This document shows, in pieces, positions 17,386 through 26,001 of a stretch of 64,000 nt of DNA (positions within the stretch are counted from its first letter, which is position 1; each line of letters opens with the position of its first letter). The notes under the pieces were generated by a model. That model was not told the DNA's origin. It was given only the letters and a program-made list of their open reading frames with translations, and searched no databases. This DNA is from an uncultured Candidatus Saccharibacteria bacterium (GTDB lineage Bacteria > Patescibacteriota > Minisyncoccia > Phycocordibacterales > UBA12088), in assembly GCA_964459075.1 (NCBI GenBank), contig CAYWKE010000001.1:4626-68625 (forward strand). The letters are read 5' to 3'. Position numbers and translations under genes: made by a program.

Positions 17386-18539
17386 GGACGTTCCCTTCGG
17401 CGCGACAGGTCAACCACCCCGTGTGGACGGGCTTGCTCTGGACGTGGTGGATGGTGTCTCGGCGGTGGCGCCTGTGGTCGCTGGGGCGCCGCGCGACGCA
17501 CGGGCGGGTGCCCACGTGGTGGGCCGTGGTCGTGAGGCATCGGTCTTCTTGGCGCGTGATGCTGTTCGTAGGGCGGTTCATCTCGGTCATCAGGAACAGC
17601 AGTTCTCGGAGGTCGACGGCGACGCGTGGTCAGCCGCAGCACGAGTAGCCCCGCACCAATGAGGATCAGGAGTACGATAGGCGGAAGGATAAGGGTGAGC
17701 TTGTCGCGCAGCGACAACCCTACGAACCCGTACCCACTGTACCCATCGATCGTCCCCTCGGGCAAGACCGAGAGGGTAAGCTCACCAGAGCGTTTGAGCT
17801 CATCATCAAGAAGGATCTTGTAGCGCACCAAGTACCCACTCGGGGGGAGCCAATTGGGCAACTCGGCAGTGACCTGGCTCAGTGCGAAGGGTTCCACGAG
17901 CTCCATGCGATTCGTACTCTCGATCGACGAGAGAAGCACCGACCCACGCTTGTCGTACACATCAAACACCACCGTTGTGGGCGCGACGGGGACGTTACCA
18001 GTGTTCTCAATGTTCATCGCAAAACGCGTCTTACCGGGGAAGGTGAGCCACCACCGTCTGCGTGGCTCCTCTACTTCAGAGAGGCGCACCCGCTGCACAA
18101 TGAAGTCACGGATCTCGTCGTCGACCCCTAGCTCGACATCGATCTGTGCACCGAGCGCGATCGAGACACCCGAGGTTGGATCTGCGGGAATGGTACGGAT
18201 ACGCATCGTTCCTCGGTACGTATCGAGCTCAGCATCTTCTGGGACACGCACGGTCACTTGGATGGGGACCTGTGCCTGCCCACGCGGCAATACGAACTCC
18301 GTACCCCGATCGATAGTTACCCACTCCGAGAACCCGGGGAGGTTGTAGGTGATCTCTGCGCGTAGGTCATCGACAGGGTCCCCTCGCACAATGGTGATGG
18401 TCTGTGTGTACTCTGACCCCGGTGTGAGTCGAGTATTCTGCACGTACGGAGGCGAGATACCGAACCCCGCACGTGCGATCTCAGCTGGTGCAACGAGCAA
18501 GATAAGTGCGACCAACAGTATGTACCAACCCCTAATCAT
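17382..18539 (-). CDS. DUF916/DUF3324-like cell-surface protein, C-terminal TM anchor, Pro/Arg-rich cytoplasmic tail (paralog family B)
   Basis: 385 aa. Signal 'MIRGWYILLVALILLVAPAEIARA'. Beta-rich ectodomain ('...AEITYNLPGFSEWVTIDRGTEFVLPRGQAQVPIQVTVRVPEDAELDTYRGTMRIRT'). TM 'LILPPIVLLILIGAGLLVLRL', then 'RRRRPPRTAVPDDRDEPPYEQHHAPRRP...'. Same architecture as 51057.., 53712.. and 55174... Confidence 0.55.
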   Translation of the reverse strand: MIRGWYILLVALILLVAPAEIARAGFGISPPYVQNTRLTPGSEYTQTITIVRGDPVDDLRAEITYNLPGFSEWVTIDRGTEFVLPRGQAQVPIQVTVRVPEDAELDTYRGTMRIRTIPADPTSGVSIALGAQIDVELGVDDEIRDFIVQRVRLSEVEEPRRRWWLTFPGKTRFAMNIENTGNVPVAPTTVVFDVYDKRGSVLLSSIESTNRMELVEPFALSQVTAELPNWLPPSGYLVRYKILLDDELKRSGELTLSVLPEGTIDGYSGYGFVGLSLRDKLTLILPPIVLLILIGAGLLVLRLTTRRRRPPRTAVPDDRDEPPYEQHHAPRRPMPHDHGPPRGHPPVRRAAPQRPQAPPPRHHPPRPEQARPHGVVDLSRRRERP

Positions 18540-18625
18540 GAAGATATACCGTGCGCCTGACGCACGTAATACTCGCCATTGTACCGCTAAACAAGCCTCT
18601 TGAGAAAACTCTCCTGAGGATAGAC

Positions 18626-18663
18626 CGGGGAAAACGAAAACACAGCTGCGAGTGCAGCTGTGT
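18626..18663 (-). terminator. rho-independent terminator candidate downstream of gene 18685..20571
   Basis: Perfect 10-bp inverted repeat ACACAGCTGC/GCAGCTGTGT (18640-18663) with loop GAGT. On the minus-strand transcript it is followed by 'UUUUCGUUUUCC' (plus 18626-18639). Confidence 0.5.
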
Positions 18664-18684
18664 TCTTGGCTATGGATCTAACGA

Positions 18685-20571
18685 TTACCAGGAGGATGAT
18701 TCACCGACAATTCCAGTGATGGTGTTCAGGCCCCTATAGGTACCAGCAAACGTCACACTCGAAGGAACGCGGATACCCCAGTACGTGGTTCCTTGCGAGA
18801 ACGTGGAAGTGGCGGTGGTTGAGGCGATGTTCACCTCGATGTCACCAGGCGATGAGGTTGAGAAGAGGGTAGTGCCTGTGCCGGTCAGGTAGTTGATGCC
18901 TGAATCCAGTGAGAACTTCTGGTTGAATACGAAGATGGTCGAAGTCGCAACCGGAATACCGTTCGAACAGTTCGGGTAATCCACACACATGTCAGAACCG
19001 GTGACATCCTGGTCAAGTCCTACATTCCCGGTCGCCTGGAGGACGGAGGTCGCATTGAGGGTGCCGGTATTTGCTCCCGGGGCAACCCCGCCATACGCGA
19101 TCTCAGCGTCGACGACATCGAACTGCAAGAACTGGTTGAGCTGGCGTTCAAATGTTGAGGTGGTTGCGGTTGAGGTCGCACCGTTGTCATCGATCACTTC
19201 GACACTAGCAACCCAATGCTCACCTTGGTAGAAGGATGGCTCTATACCCGTGGTCGGCTGCGCGAGGAACCACAAGGGGAATGTGCACTCTACGATCGCT
19301 GTGGAATCACCTGTACCTTGGCAGGTTCCTGCTTGCTGCGCACATGAGATGTTCCAGACCGCGGTTCCGACATCCTGGGGGTAGCAGAACGCTGGGTCGT
19401 ACTCACTCGCCTCGTCACAGTCACCCGGAAGCACCCCAGAGCGATGTACATTGACGATGTAGTTCGCGACCTCATTCCCATCAGATACGTCGTCGCCGTT
19501 CGTATCGATAGCACAACTATTGTCGTCGTTGACATCGAAGACAAGGTTGATACCTGGCGTTTCACCTGCTTCAACGGTCAAGGTTATATCGGTCGAACTA
19601 CCGAGGTCGATATCAGCCGCGGCAACGGTCGGGGTGGCGTTGAGAATATTGTAGAACGAGCTGTTTGCTGCTCCCGTCACCGCACCGGTTGCCAGAAGAC
19701 CAAACTGGTCGACGATGAATACGTACGCGGGCCGAGAGCCGTCGGGCGCTGGAAACGGTATGGAGGTCGATGCTTGCGGGTTGAGCGAGGTGAGAGTAGA
19801 TGTGCCCAATCCCTCACCTGACTCACAGAACCCATTGGAGGTCACGGTATCGGTCGCGCAGACCAACAGGCGGAATGAGGCAGTTCGCAGGACGTCAACA
19901 GTGTCGCTTGCGGTAGCACTCCACGTCACATCGTCATCCGGTAGTGCGCCTCCCGAGTTACTGATAGCGCCAAAGCTGACCGGGTTGTTCACCACGAACG
20001 GTGACTCCTGGCCGGCACCGGTCGAGGTGCCTGTTGAGTAGTCGCTGTTGCAGGATGGGGTGCCGGAATTGTTGTCACAGATGAATGCGAACCAGTTGTT
20101 CTGCTCGGCTTCTACGGGGGAGCCATTTCCTGCGCCGAGCGCAACACGTGAAGCAACTGCGACCGCACCACTGGAGGCTAGTGCCGAGCGTGCCCAGCGG
20201 TTGCTCGAGCCACCATCACACTCAGGAGGATTTCCTGATGTTATGGTCGGTGTGACGTCATTGGTACACACGATGAGGTAGTAATCCTCAAGGTTGGCAT
20301 CGTTCGCGGTGGCTTCCCAGACAGTTGACGTGCCGACGTTGGTCGGTGTCGTGGTCGCTGAAGCGAACCGTTCACGCCCTCGTACCGCCCAGCTTGGCGG
20401 CGTATTGAGTACCGTCACGCTCGTTGTCGCAGAATCAGCGTGAACTTCAGAGATTGAACCCCCTCGATCTACATTGAACAGGAAGGTGAGTGACGATGCG
20501 GCGACCAATGAGAGAATGGTTGCCAGTGTCACTCGCCCTGCTGTTGCCTGTGCTTTGTGTGCGCTATGCAT
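18685..20571 (-). CDS. large secreted Thr/Ser/Gly-rich surface protein (possible WxL-like C-terminus)
   Basis: 628 aa. ATG at 20569-20571. N-terminal hydrophobic helix 'VTLATILSLVAASSLTFLF'. Cys pairs suggest disulfide-stabilised beta domains. The C-terminus 'TTYWGIRVPSSVTFAGTYRGLNTITGIVGESSSW' loosely resembles the WGL-type motif of genes 52277.. and 56504... Confidence 0.5.
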   Translation of the reverse strand: MHSAHKAQATAGRVTLATILSLVAASSLTFLFNVDRGGSISEVHADSATTSVTVLNTPPSWAVRGRERFASATTTPTNVGTSTVWEATANDANLEDYYLIVCTNDVTPTITSGNPPECDGGSSNRWARSALASSGAVAVASRVALGAGNGSPVEAEQNNWFAFICDNNSGTPSCNSDYSTGTSTGAGQESPFVVNNPVSFGAISNSGGALPDDDVTWSATASDTVDVLRTASFRLLVCATDTVTSNGFCESGEGLGTSTLTSLNPQASTSIPFPAPDGSRPAYVFIVDQFGLLATGAVTGAANSSFYNILNATPTVAAADIDLGSSTDITLTVEAGETPGINLVFDVNDDNSCAIDTNGDDVSDGNEVANYIVNVHRSGVLPGDCDEASEYDPAFCYPQDVGTAVWNISCAQQAGTCQGTGDSTAIVECTFPLWFLAQPTTGIEPSFYQGEHWVASVEVIDDNGATSTATTSTFERQLNQFLQFDVVDAEIAYGGVAPGANTGTLNATSVLQATGNVGLDQDVTGSDMCVDYPNCSNGIPVATSTIFVFNQKFSLDSGINYLTGTGTTLFSTSSPGDIEVNIASTTATSTFSQGTTYWGIRVPSSVTFAGTYRGLNTITGIVGESSSW

Positions 20572-20603
20572 GACCCCAACAAAGTTTTTCTAATACATGT
20601 CCT

Positions 20604-20609
20604 AGTATA
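20604..20609 (-). promoter_or_regulatory. TATACT -10-like hexamer ('CCGTATACTAGG') 32 nt upstream of ATG 20571
   Basis: It lies in the 79-nt intergenic region between the permease gene and the 628-aa surface-protein gene. Confidence 0.35.
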
Positions 20610-20650
20610 CGGCGAAACGTGGTACGTGTGCAGGGTCGTTATGTGGAAAA

Positions 20651-21859
20651 CTACTTGTAGCGAATGGCGTCGAGTGGGTTGAGTGCAGCAGCGCGGCGCG
20701 CTGGGAAGACCCCGGTCAGGAACCCGACGACCGCCGAGAACGTCAAGATGAAGAGGAGGAACCACAACGGGAAGGCAAAGAGGGCCATGGCCGTACCGCC
20801 GAAGTTGGTTGCAGCAATATTGACAGCTAAGTTGAGACCTTTCCCAATACCCACCCCAATGAGAATACCAACAATACCTCCCATGAAGCCCACGATGATG
20901 GCCTCCGCGATGAAGAGGATCTTGATGTCGTTACTCGAGGCGCCCAGGGTACGCATGATACCGATCTCGCCTGTGCGCTCCAGGAGGGTGACGGTCATGG
21001 TGTTGAACATACCGATCGCCGAGACGGTGAGCGCGATACCGCCAAATACCGCGAGCACCGCCTGGATACCCTGGAAGATGGCGTTCGCCTGCTCGACGGT
21101 CTTGGAGAGCGCGGTCACCGAGAAGCCCCGCGCAACGATGGCATCCGTGACCTGATCGAGAAGCCCTGCCTCAAGGACACGCACCTGGATACGCTCGTAC
21201 GAGGCGATCGGAACGTGCGAGGAGAGCTCGTCGAGGCGAATGAAGCTCGCTATCTGGTTCTCCTCACTCGTCACCCCGAGAACCGTGTAGCTCTTCTTTA
21301 TCTCGACCTCGTCCGTCTCATCCGTGCCCGAGCGCGGCACGAAAACCCGGAACGTCACCCGTCGACCGATGGCATCCTCGGGGTCTTCAATGTCAAAGAG
21401 TTTGAGCATGGCCGCGGTCAGGATGACCCCATTGCGATCCTCAACCGCGCTCTCCTCGTCAAAGAGCCGCCCGGCAGCTTCCTTGGCACCCACGAACCGA
21501 AAGTACGCCGGGTCAAGCCCTTGCAGGAAGGTGTTACCTGTGAGGTCACCCAGGGTGATGAGTGCCGGGAACGATGCCATAGGCGCGACCTGACGCACCT
21601 CGGGAAATGCACTCAGCTCCTGAACCACCTGTGGGTCGAGCACGACCACGCGCGTGGGAGGATTGGTGACGTTGAGCGAGAGGAGCGTGTCCCCCAGGAC
21701 GATCTGCTCCAGGATGATACCCTGCAGACCAAAGCCCAGACCCACGAGGGTCACGACCGCGCCCGTTCCCACACCCATACCAAGGATGGTCAACCAGGTA
21801 CGCGTCGGGTTGGTCTTGAATGCGCGCGTCGATAGTGCTGCGATGTCTCGTACAAGCAT
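20651..21859 (-). CDS. ABC transporter permease, FtsX/MacB-type (4 TM with large extracytoplasmic loop)
   Basis: 402 aa. N-terminal 'TWLTILGMGVGTGAVVTLVGLGFG', large loop, then a C-terminal three-TM bundle ('...ILFIAEAIIVGFMGGIVGILIGVGIG...FPLWFLLFILTFSAVVGFLTGVFPARRAA'). The stop of the upstream ATPase gene is 6 nt away. Confidence 0.8.
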   Translation of the reverse strand: MLVRDIAALSTRAFKTNPTRTWLTILGMGVGTGAVVTLVGLGFGLQGIILEQIVLGDTLLSLNVTNPPTRVVVLDPQVVQELSAFPEVRQVAPMASFPALITLGDLTGNTFLQGLDPAYFRFVGAKEAAGRLFDEESAVEDRNGVILTAAMLKLFDIEDPEDAIGRRVTFRVFVPRSGTDETDEVEIKKSYTVLGVTSEENQIASFIRLDELSSHVPIASYERIQVRVLEAGLLDQVTDAIVARGFSVTALSKTVEQANAIFQGIQAVLAVFGGIALTVSAIGMFNTMTVTLLERTGEIGIMRTLGASSNDIKILFIAEAIIVGFMGGIVGILIGVGIGKGLNLAVNIAATNFGGTAMALFAFPLWFLLFILTFSAVVGFLTGVFPARRAAALNPLDAIRYK

Positions 21860-21865
21860 AGGCGA

Positions 21866-23356
21866 TTACGCTTCATCAGGTACTCCCTTCTTGTGATGCT
21901 TCTTGTGACGCCAGCGCCACAGAGCGCTGTGTGAGGCGAACTCTGCGGCGGCGGCCTCGGCATCGGCCTTCTTCTTCTCTTCATGCTCCAGCTCCGCCTT
22001 CATGATCTCGAGGTTGTGCTTGCGCTTCTCCTGTACCCGTATCTCAGCGACACCCTGGGCGATGAGCTTCTCGAGGTAGAGGGTGACCTCGTGCGTCAGG
22101 TAGATGTCAAGCCCGACACCTCCTTCTTCGGCTGCGAGGTGGAGCTGTCGCTTGAACTCATCTTTGTCGATGTAGCCCCCCACGCGCGACTCGACCGAGA
22201 CCCGGAGGTGCTTGAATTGCTCCTGGGAGAGCTCAGCCCCACGCTCGTGTACGAGGTGTACGGCGATATCGTCCGCAATGTCGAGCTTCTCCATATCGGT
22301 GACCCCGTGCTCTGAGCCGTGTGCCTTCCGGAAGCGAATGATATCCTTACTCTCCCTAAGGATACGCTCGAGACGCTCAGCAAGCTCGTCCGCGTACTCA
22401 GGGCGCAGCCCCACACCCCCTTCTTCCTGCGGCTTCTTGAGAAAGAGCTGGAACGCCTCGTGAGAGAGCTTTCCTTCAATAGCGTACTCGGCGACCTGCT
22501 GGATGCGAGTGATCTGGTCGAAGGAAACCGATTGGGTGAGGTAGTTGAGCAAGCTCTTCACGCGGATCATCGCCGGCGTATCGTAGGGGTAAATACGGGT
22601 TGCTTGCTCCAGCTCGGTCACGATCGAGGTGCCTGGCCGCAATTTGATGACCTGCTCCTTCTCCGGGTTGGCTACAATACGGTCCATACGTCCGTCCTTC
22701 AGGTAAAAGACCCGGTGCGCGTAGGGTAAGTGCTTCGCGTCGTGGGTCACCAGAAGAATGGTCTTGCGGTCCTGTTCGTTGATCGAGTCGAGCGTGTTCA
22801 TAACGGCCTCCGCAGAGACCGAGTCGAGGTTACCGACCGGCTCATCGGCGATGAGGATCTCGGGGTCGGTCACGAGAGAGCGGGCGACCGATACACGCTG
22901 CTGCTGCCCGCCCGAGAGGTTGGTGGGAAGCTTGTGTGCGACGTGCGAGATGTAGAAGCGGTCCAACAGCTCCATCGCTTTGCGCTCGCGCTTAGCTTGC
23001 GGCACGCCAGCAAAGATGAGGGGGAGTGCCACGTTGTCGAGAACCGTCAAGGATGGGATGAGGTTGAACTGCTGGTACATGATGCCCATCGTGTGGCGCT
23101 GGAACTCCACGAGCTCAAAGGGATCGTAGTCGTAGATACTGTCCCCCTTGACGTAGACCTTGCCCCCTGAGGGAGGCAGGACCCCGAAAATAGAGTACAA
23201 GAGGGTCGACTTGCCACACCCCGACGGACCGAAGAAAATGATGTACTCCCGCGCCGCGATCTCCACGTTCATGTTCCTGAGGGCCTTGAACTCGTTGGAC
23301 TTGCCCTTGTTGTAGGTGATCTCGACCTCTTGTGTGTTAATGATCGCTTTTGCCAT
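21866..23356 (-). CDS. ABC transporter ATP-binding protein (MacB/FtsE-like) with ~260-aa repeat-containing C-terminal extension
   Basis: 496 aa. Walker A 'GPSGCGKST', signature 'LSGGQQQRVSVARSL', Walker B 'ILIADEPVGNLD'. Residues ~240-496 are an extra helical domain with the duplicated motif 'EEGGVGL(R/D)'. Confidence 0.85.
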   Translation of the reverse strand: MAKAIINTQEVEITYNKGKSNEFKALRNMNVEIAAREYIIFFGPSGCGKSTLLYSIFGVLPPSGGKVYVKGDSIYDYDPFELVEFQRHTMGIMYQQFNLIPSLTVLDNVALPLIFAGVPQAKRERKAMELLDRFYISHVAHKLPTNLSGGQQQRVSVARSLVTDPEILIADEPVGNLDSVSAEAVMNTLDSINEQDRKTILLVTHDAKHLPYAHRVFYLKDGRMDRIVANPEKEQVIKLRPGTSIVTELEQATRIYPYDTPAMIRVKSLLNYLTQSVSFDQITRIQQVAEYAIEGKLSHEAFQLFLKKPQEEGGVGLRPEYADELAERLERILRESKDIIRFRKAHGSEHGVTDMEKLDIADDIAVHLVHERGAELSQEQFKHLRVSVESRVGGYIDKDEFKRQLHLAAEEGGVGLDIYLTHEVTLYLEKLIAQGVAEIRVQEKRKHNLEIMKAELEHEEKKKADAEAAAAEFASHSALWRWRHKKHHKKGVPDEA

Positions 23357-23361
23357 ATCGT

Positions 23362-23468
23362 TTTAGTATGAGGGTGAAGTATGAGTATGAGTCGTGGTTT
23401 GTGCTACGCACAACACACGTTCACAAGCGAAGCGTCCCACATACTCATACTGCATACCCATACTCATA
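23362..23468. repeat. imperfect long inverted repeat built from GTATGAG/CTCATAC units between the FN3 gene stop and the ABC ATPase start
   Basis: Left arm 'AGTATGAGGGTGAAGTATGAGTATGAGT' (23367-23394). Right arm 'CATACTCATACTGCATACCCATACTCATA' (23439-23467). A ~40-nt spacer separates them. The right arm abuts the TAA of gene 23469... Confidence 0.45.
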
Positions 23469-24920
23469 TTACCCGCCGATGTTATTGACCCATCCGAACG
23501 CTCCCTCGAAGTTCTCGAGAATGATGTCGATGATGTTCTTCTCTTGCTGTGGAGTGAAGAGGACGAAGTTCTCCGAGCGAGCGGTGTTGTCGGCGAGGTC
23601 AGTACACTCGATCCAAAACTGGTAGACGGTCGCCGGCTGGAACTCGACCACCACCTGCACGTGCTCGGTCGCTGGATCGTCCTTCATGTCAAGCGCGAAG
23701 GGCTCAATGCTCTCCTGAATACCCTGCCGGAAGAACATCTGGCAGAGCGAGAGCTCATCGGTCTCCCAGGTGACGATGGTCTGGATGCGTGCCTCGGCCC
23801 CTGGGAAGAGTGTCGACTCGTTGGTGACCTTGCTGATGAGCGGTGGCTCCTCGTCGATCACGGTCGTGAAGGTAATGGGCTCTGAGAGCGTGGAGTCACC
23901 CTGGTCGTTGGTTGCGCGCACCTGAGCCACGTACGTCGTTCCCAGCGTCAGATCAGAGAGTCGTACCGTGTGCGTCGTCAGCAGCTCGGGACTCCCCTCT
24001 GAGCGCACCTCACCGGTCGCGAGGTTCTCGTGCTCGACCGCACCCGAGGCCGGCAGGTCGGTCGACCACGCCAAGGTCGCTGAGGTCTCCTCGACCTTCA
24101 ACAACTGGATATCGAGGATCTGCGGCAAGCGCGACTTCGTCTCGAAGGTGTTGTCACTCGATACTCCCTCGAGGTCGAACTCATCCACGGACTGAACCTG
24201 GAAGTGGTAGACCGTCGCCGGTGTGAGCCCCGAGAGGCGTACCTCGTGTTCGGTCACCAGCTCATCGGGTATGCCCTGCGTGTCCGAGTAGGACTGATTT
24301 GCTGCGTAGTACGCCTCGCTCGCGTAGGCGACCTGGGAGCCAGCTGCTCGATTGGTGTTCCATGAAATGACCGCAAAGTCCATGCCTACCTCGGCAATGC
24401 GGGCTGCGCCAATGATCGCAGGTGGGCGCAGGATATCCTCCGCTGAGCTCTGTACCTCATCCTGGATGATACGAATGGCGTTGGGATCGGTCACCTGGCT
24501 CACGGCGGAGACCGCCTGGCCAACGAGCGCCTGCTGTTGCTCACTGGAGACGGTCTCGATGTTCTCGATGTTCTCAAACCCTCCCGTGGTAAAGGTGAAG
24601 TCGCCTGAGATGCCTTGGTTGCCAACATCGTCGGTGGCTGTGATACGGAAGTGGTAGGTCGTAGAGGGTTCTAGCGAATCGATGGTGACGGTATGGTCGG
24701 TCACGTTGAGCTGCGGGTTACGCACGATACCGTAGTCGCTGCGCTTGCCGTAGTTGAGCATGCCGATGGCTTCGACGTCGGTCACCCACGTGATCGTGGC
24801 CGCGTTCTCGCTCGTTGAGGCGATCTCAACGCTTGAGATGATGGGGGCCGCAGCACGCACACTACTCCCGCCGAGCGGCAGGATGAGTGAGAGAAGTAGG
24901 ATGACGAGGAACAGATGCAT
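23469..24920 (-). CDS. secreted protein with four fibronectin type III-like domains
   Basis: The ORF-track start (24929) is a GTG, and the ATG at 24918-24920 ('MHLFLVILLLSLILPLGGSSVRAAA', signal peptide) is preferred. Repeated FN3-like units end in '...TTYHFRITATDDVGNQGISGDFTFTT', '...TVYHFQVQSVDEFDLEGVSSDNTFETK', '...TTYVAQVRATNDQGDSTLSEPITFTT' and '...TVYQFWIECTDLADNTARSENFVLFT'. Confidence 0.7.
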   Translation of the reverse strand: MHLFLVILLLSLILPLGGSSVRAAAPIISSVEIASTSENAATITWVTDVEAIGMLNYGKRSDYGIVRNPQLNVTDHTVTIDSLEPSTTYHFRITATDDVGNQGISGDFTFTTGGFENIENIETVSSEQQQALVGQAVSAVSQVTDPNAIRIIQDEVQSSAEDILRPPAIIGAARIAEVGMDFAVISWNTNRAAGSQVAYASEAYYAANQSYSDTQGIPDELVTEHEVRLSGLTPATVYHFQVQSVDEFDLEGVSSDNTFETKSRLPQILDIQLLKVEETSATLAWSTDLPASGAVEHENLATGEVRSEGSPELLTTHTVRLSDLTLGTTYVAQVRATNDQGDSTLSEPITFTTVIDEEPPLISKVTNESTLFPGAEARIQTIVTWETDELSLCQMFFRQGIQESIEPFALDMKDDPATEHVQVVVEFQPATVYQFWIECTDLADNTARSENFVLFTPQQEKNIIDIILENFEGAFGWVNNIGG

Positions 24921-24938
24921 GAGCGACACTGGTGGGGT

Positions 24939-25280
24939 TCACGGCGAATCGTAGTCAAACACGCGACGCATGTACCACAGCAGGATGAGGAGCACGCCCA
25001 GCAGGATGATACCTATCGTCACCTCGTCGTAGTAGTAGTACGTAGCAGGACGGGTACACGCAAAGTGGTCCGAGAACGTTCCGTCACAGTACCGACCACT
25101 CTTGATCGAGAGCAGTCCACCGACCAGTAGGAGGGACCCTACCATCAGTCGGATGTTCTCCATGAAAATGAGGAGGTCGCGCATCACGCCACGACGCGTC
25201 ATCATGAAGAGGTAGCGAAGGGTGTTCCCCGCGCGTATGCGTCCGTGAGCTGGTTTCCCTGAAGTGTGTTCTGTGGACAT
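24939..25280 (-). CDS. small two-TM membrane protein (hypothetical)
   Basis: ORF 24939..25301. A TATACT -10-like hexamer lies inside the first codons of the track ORF, so the start is placed at the ATG at 25278-25280 ('MSTEHTSGK...'). Hydrophobic helices 'LMVGSLLLVGGLLSI' and 'VTIGIILLGVLLILLWY'. Confidence 0.35.
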   Translation of the reverse strand: MSTEHTSGKPAHGRIRAGNTLRYLFMMTRRGVMRDLLIFMENIRLMVGSLLLVGGLLSIKSGRYCDGTFSDHFACTRPATYYYYDEVTIGIILLGVLLILLWYMRRVFDYDSP

Positions 25281-25328
25281 ACGTTCTCTAGTATACGTCA
25301 TACGAGGATTTGCTGCGCGTGGATTTCC

Positions 25329-26000
25329 TCATCCGAGGGCGAGTGCGATGAATTCTGCCTCGATGCGGTCAATGTCCGCAGTGAGCGCTTCAAGCGTGGC
25401 GTAGTGCTCGGTTAGCGCGTCGAAACGCTCCTCAGCATCCCCTGTTTGCTGGTTGATCTCTCCAATGTGCTCGGAAGTGAGCACGCCCTCCTCCTCGATG
25501 ATGCGAGCGACGATCGCGGCGGTCTGGTCAAAGGTCGCCATGAGCTCGCTCGTGATCGCGGTCACGAGCGATCGACGTTCAGCGAGTGCCGCGAGGAGTT
25601 CATCCGCTTTCGGGCGCAGGGGAGCTGGCAGCTCGCGGGCCCGTGCTTCCATTGCTTCGCGCGCCGCAAGGACCTCGGGAGCGATCTCGGTGATCTGCAT
25701 GAGCGATGCCTCGCGCATCGCAAGGTCAGCTGCGGCACGTTGTGCCCTGTCGAGTCGCTCCGGAGCAGACACTTCCCCCACCAAGAGCACGGTGAGATGC
25801 TCGTGGATACGCGCTCGCACTGCCGTGTCCTCGCTCCCTGGCGCCGTGATCCGTACCAACTCCGTATCTGCCAACGCTCGGTACGCACCGTACGCCTCGA
25901 TGAACGGAAGCGAATCCGCCTGTTCGTATCCCCGCGTCAGGTACCACCCTAGCGGTGCGAGCGTGAGCAGAAGAACGGTTGCGATGAAGAGTGTGCGCAT
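25329..26000 (-). CDS. membrane-anchored all-helical protein translationally coupled to the giant ORF
   Basis: ORF 25329..26270 trimmed to the ATG at 25998-26000 ('MRTLFIATVLLLTLAPLGWYLTRGY...'). This ATG lies 1 nt downstream of the giant ORF's TAA (26002-26004). The rest is Ala/Glu/Leu-rich helical ('...LVTAITSELMATFDQTAAIVARIIEEEG...'). Confidence 0.5.
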   Translation of the reverse strand: MRTLFIATVLLLTLAPLGWYLTRGYEQADSLPFIEAYGAYRALADTELVRITAPGSEDTAVRARIHEHLTVLLVGEVSAPERLDRAQRAAADLAMREASLMQITEIAPEVLAAREAMEARARELPAPLRPKADELLAALAERRSLVTAITSELMATFDQTAAIVARIIEEEGVLTSEHIGEINQQTGDAEERFDALTEHYATLEALTADIDRIEAEFIALALG

Positions 26001-26001
26001 G

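Noticed and set aside
18543-18548. TATATC hexamer 3 nt upstream of ATG 18539
   Set aside because: The spacing is too short for a -10 to TSS to ATG arrangement. It is more likely part of the translational-coupling context with the upstream gene.
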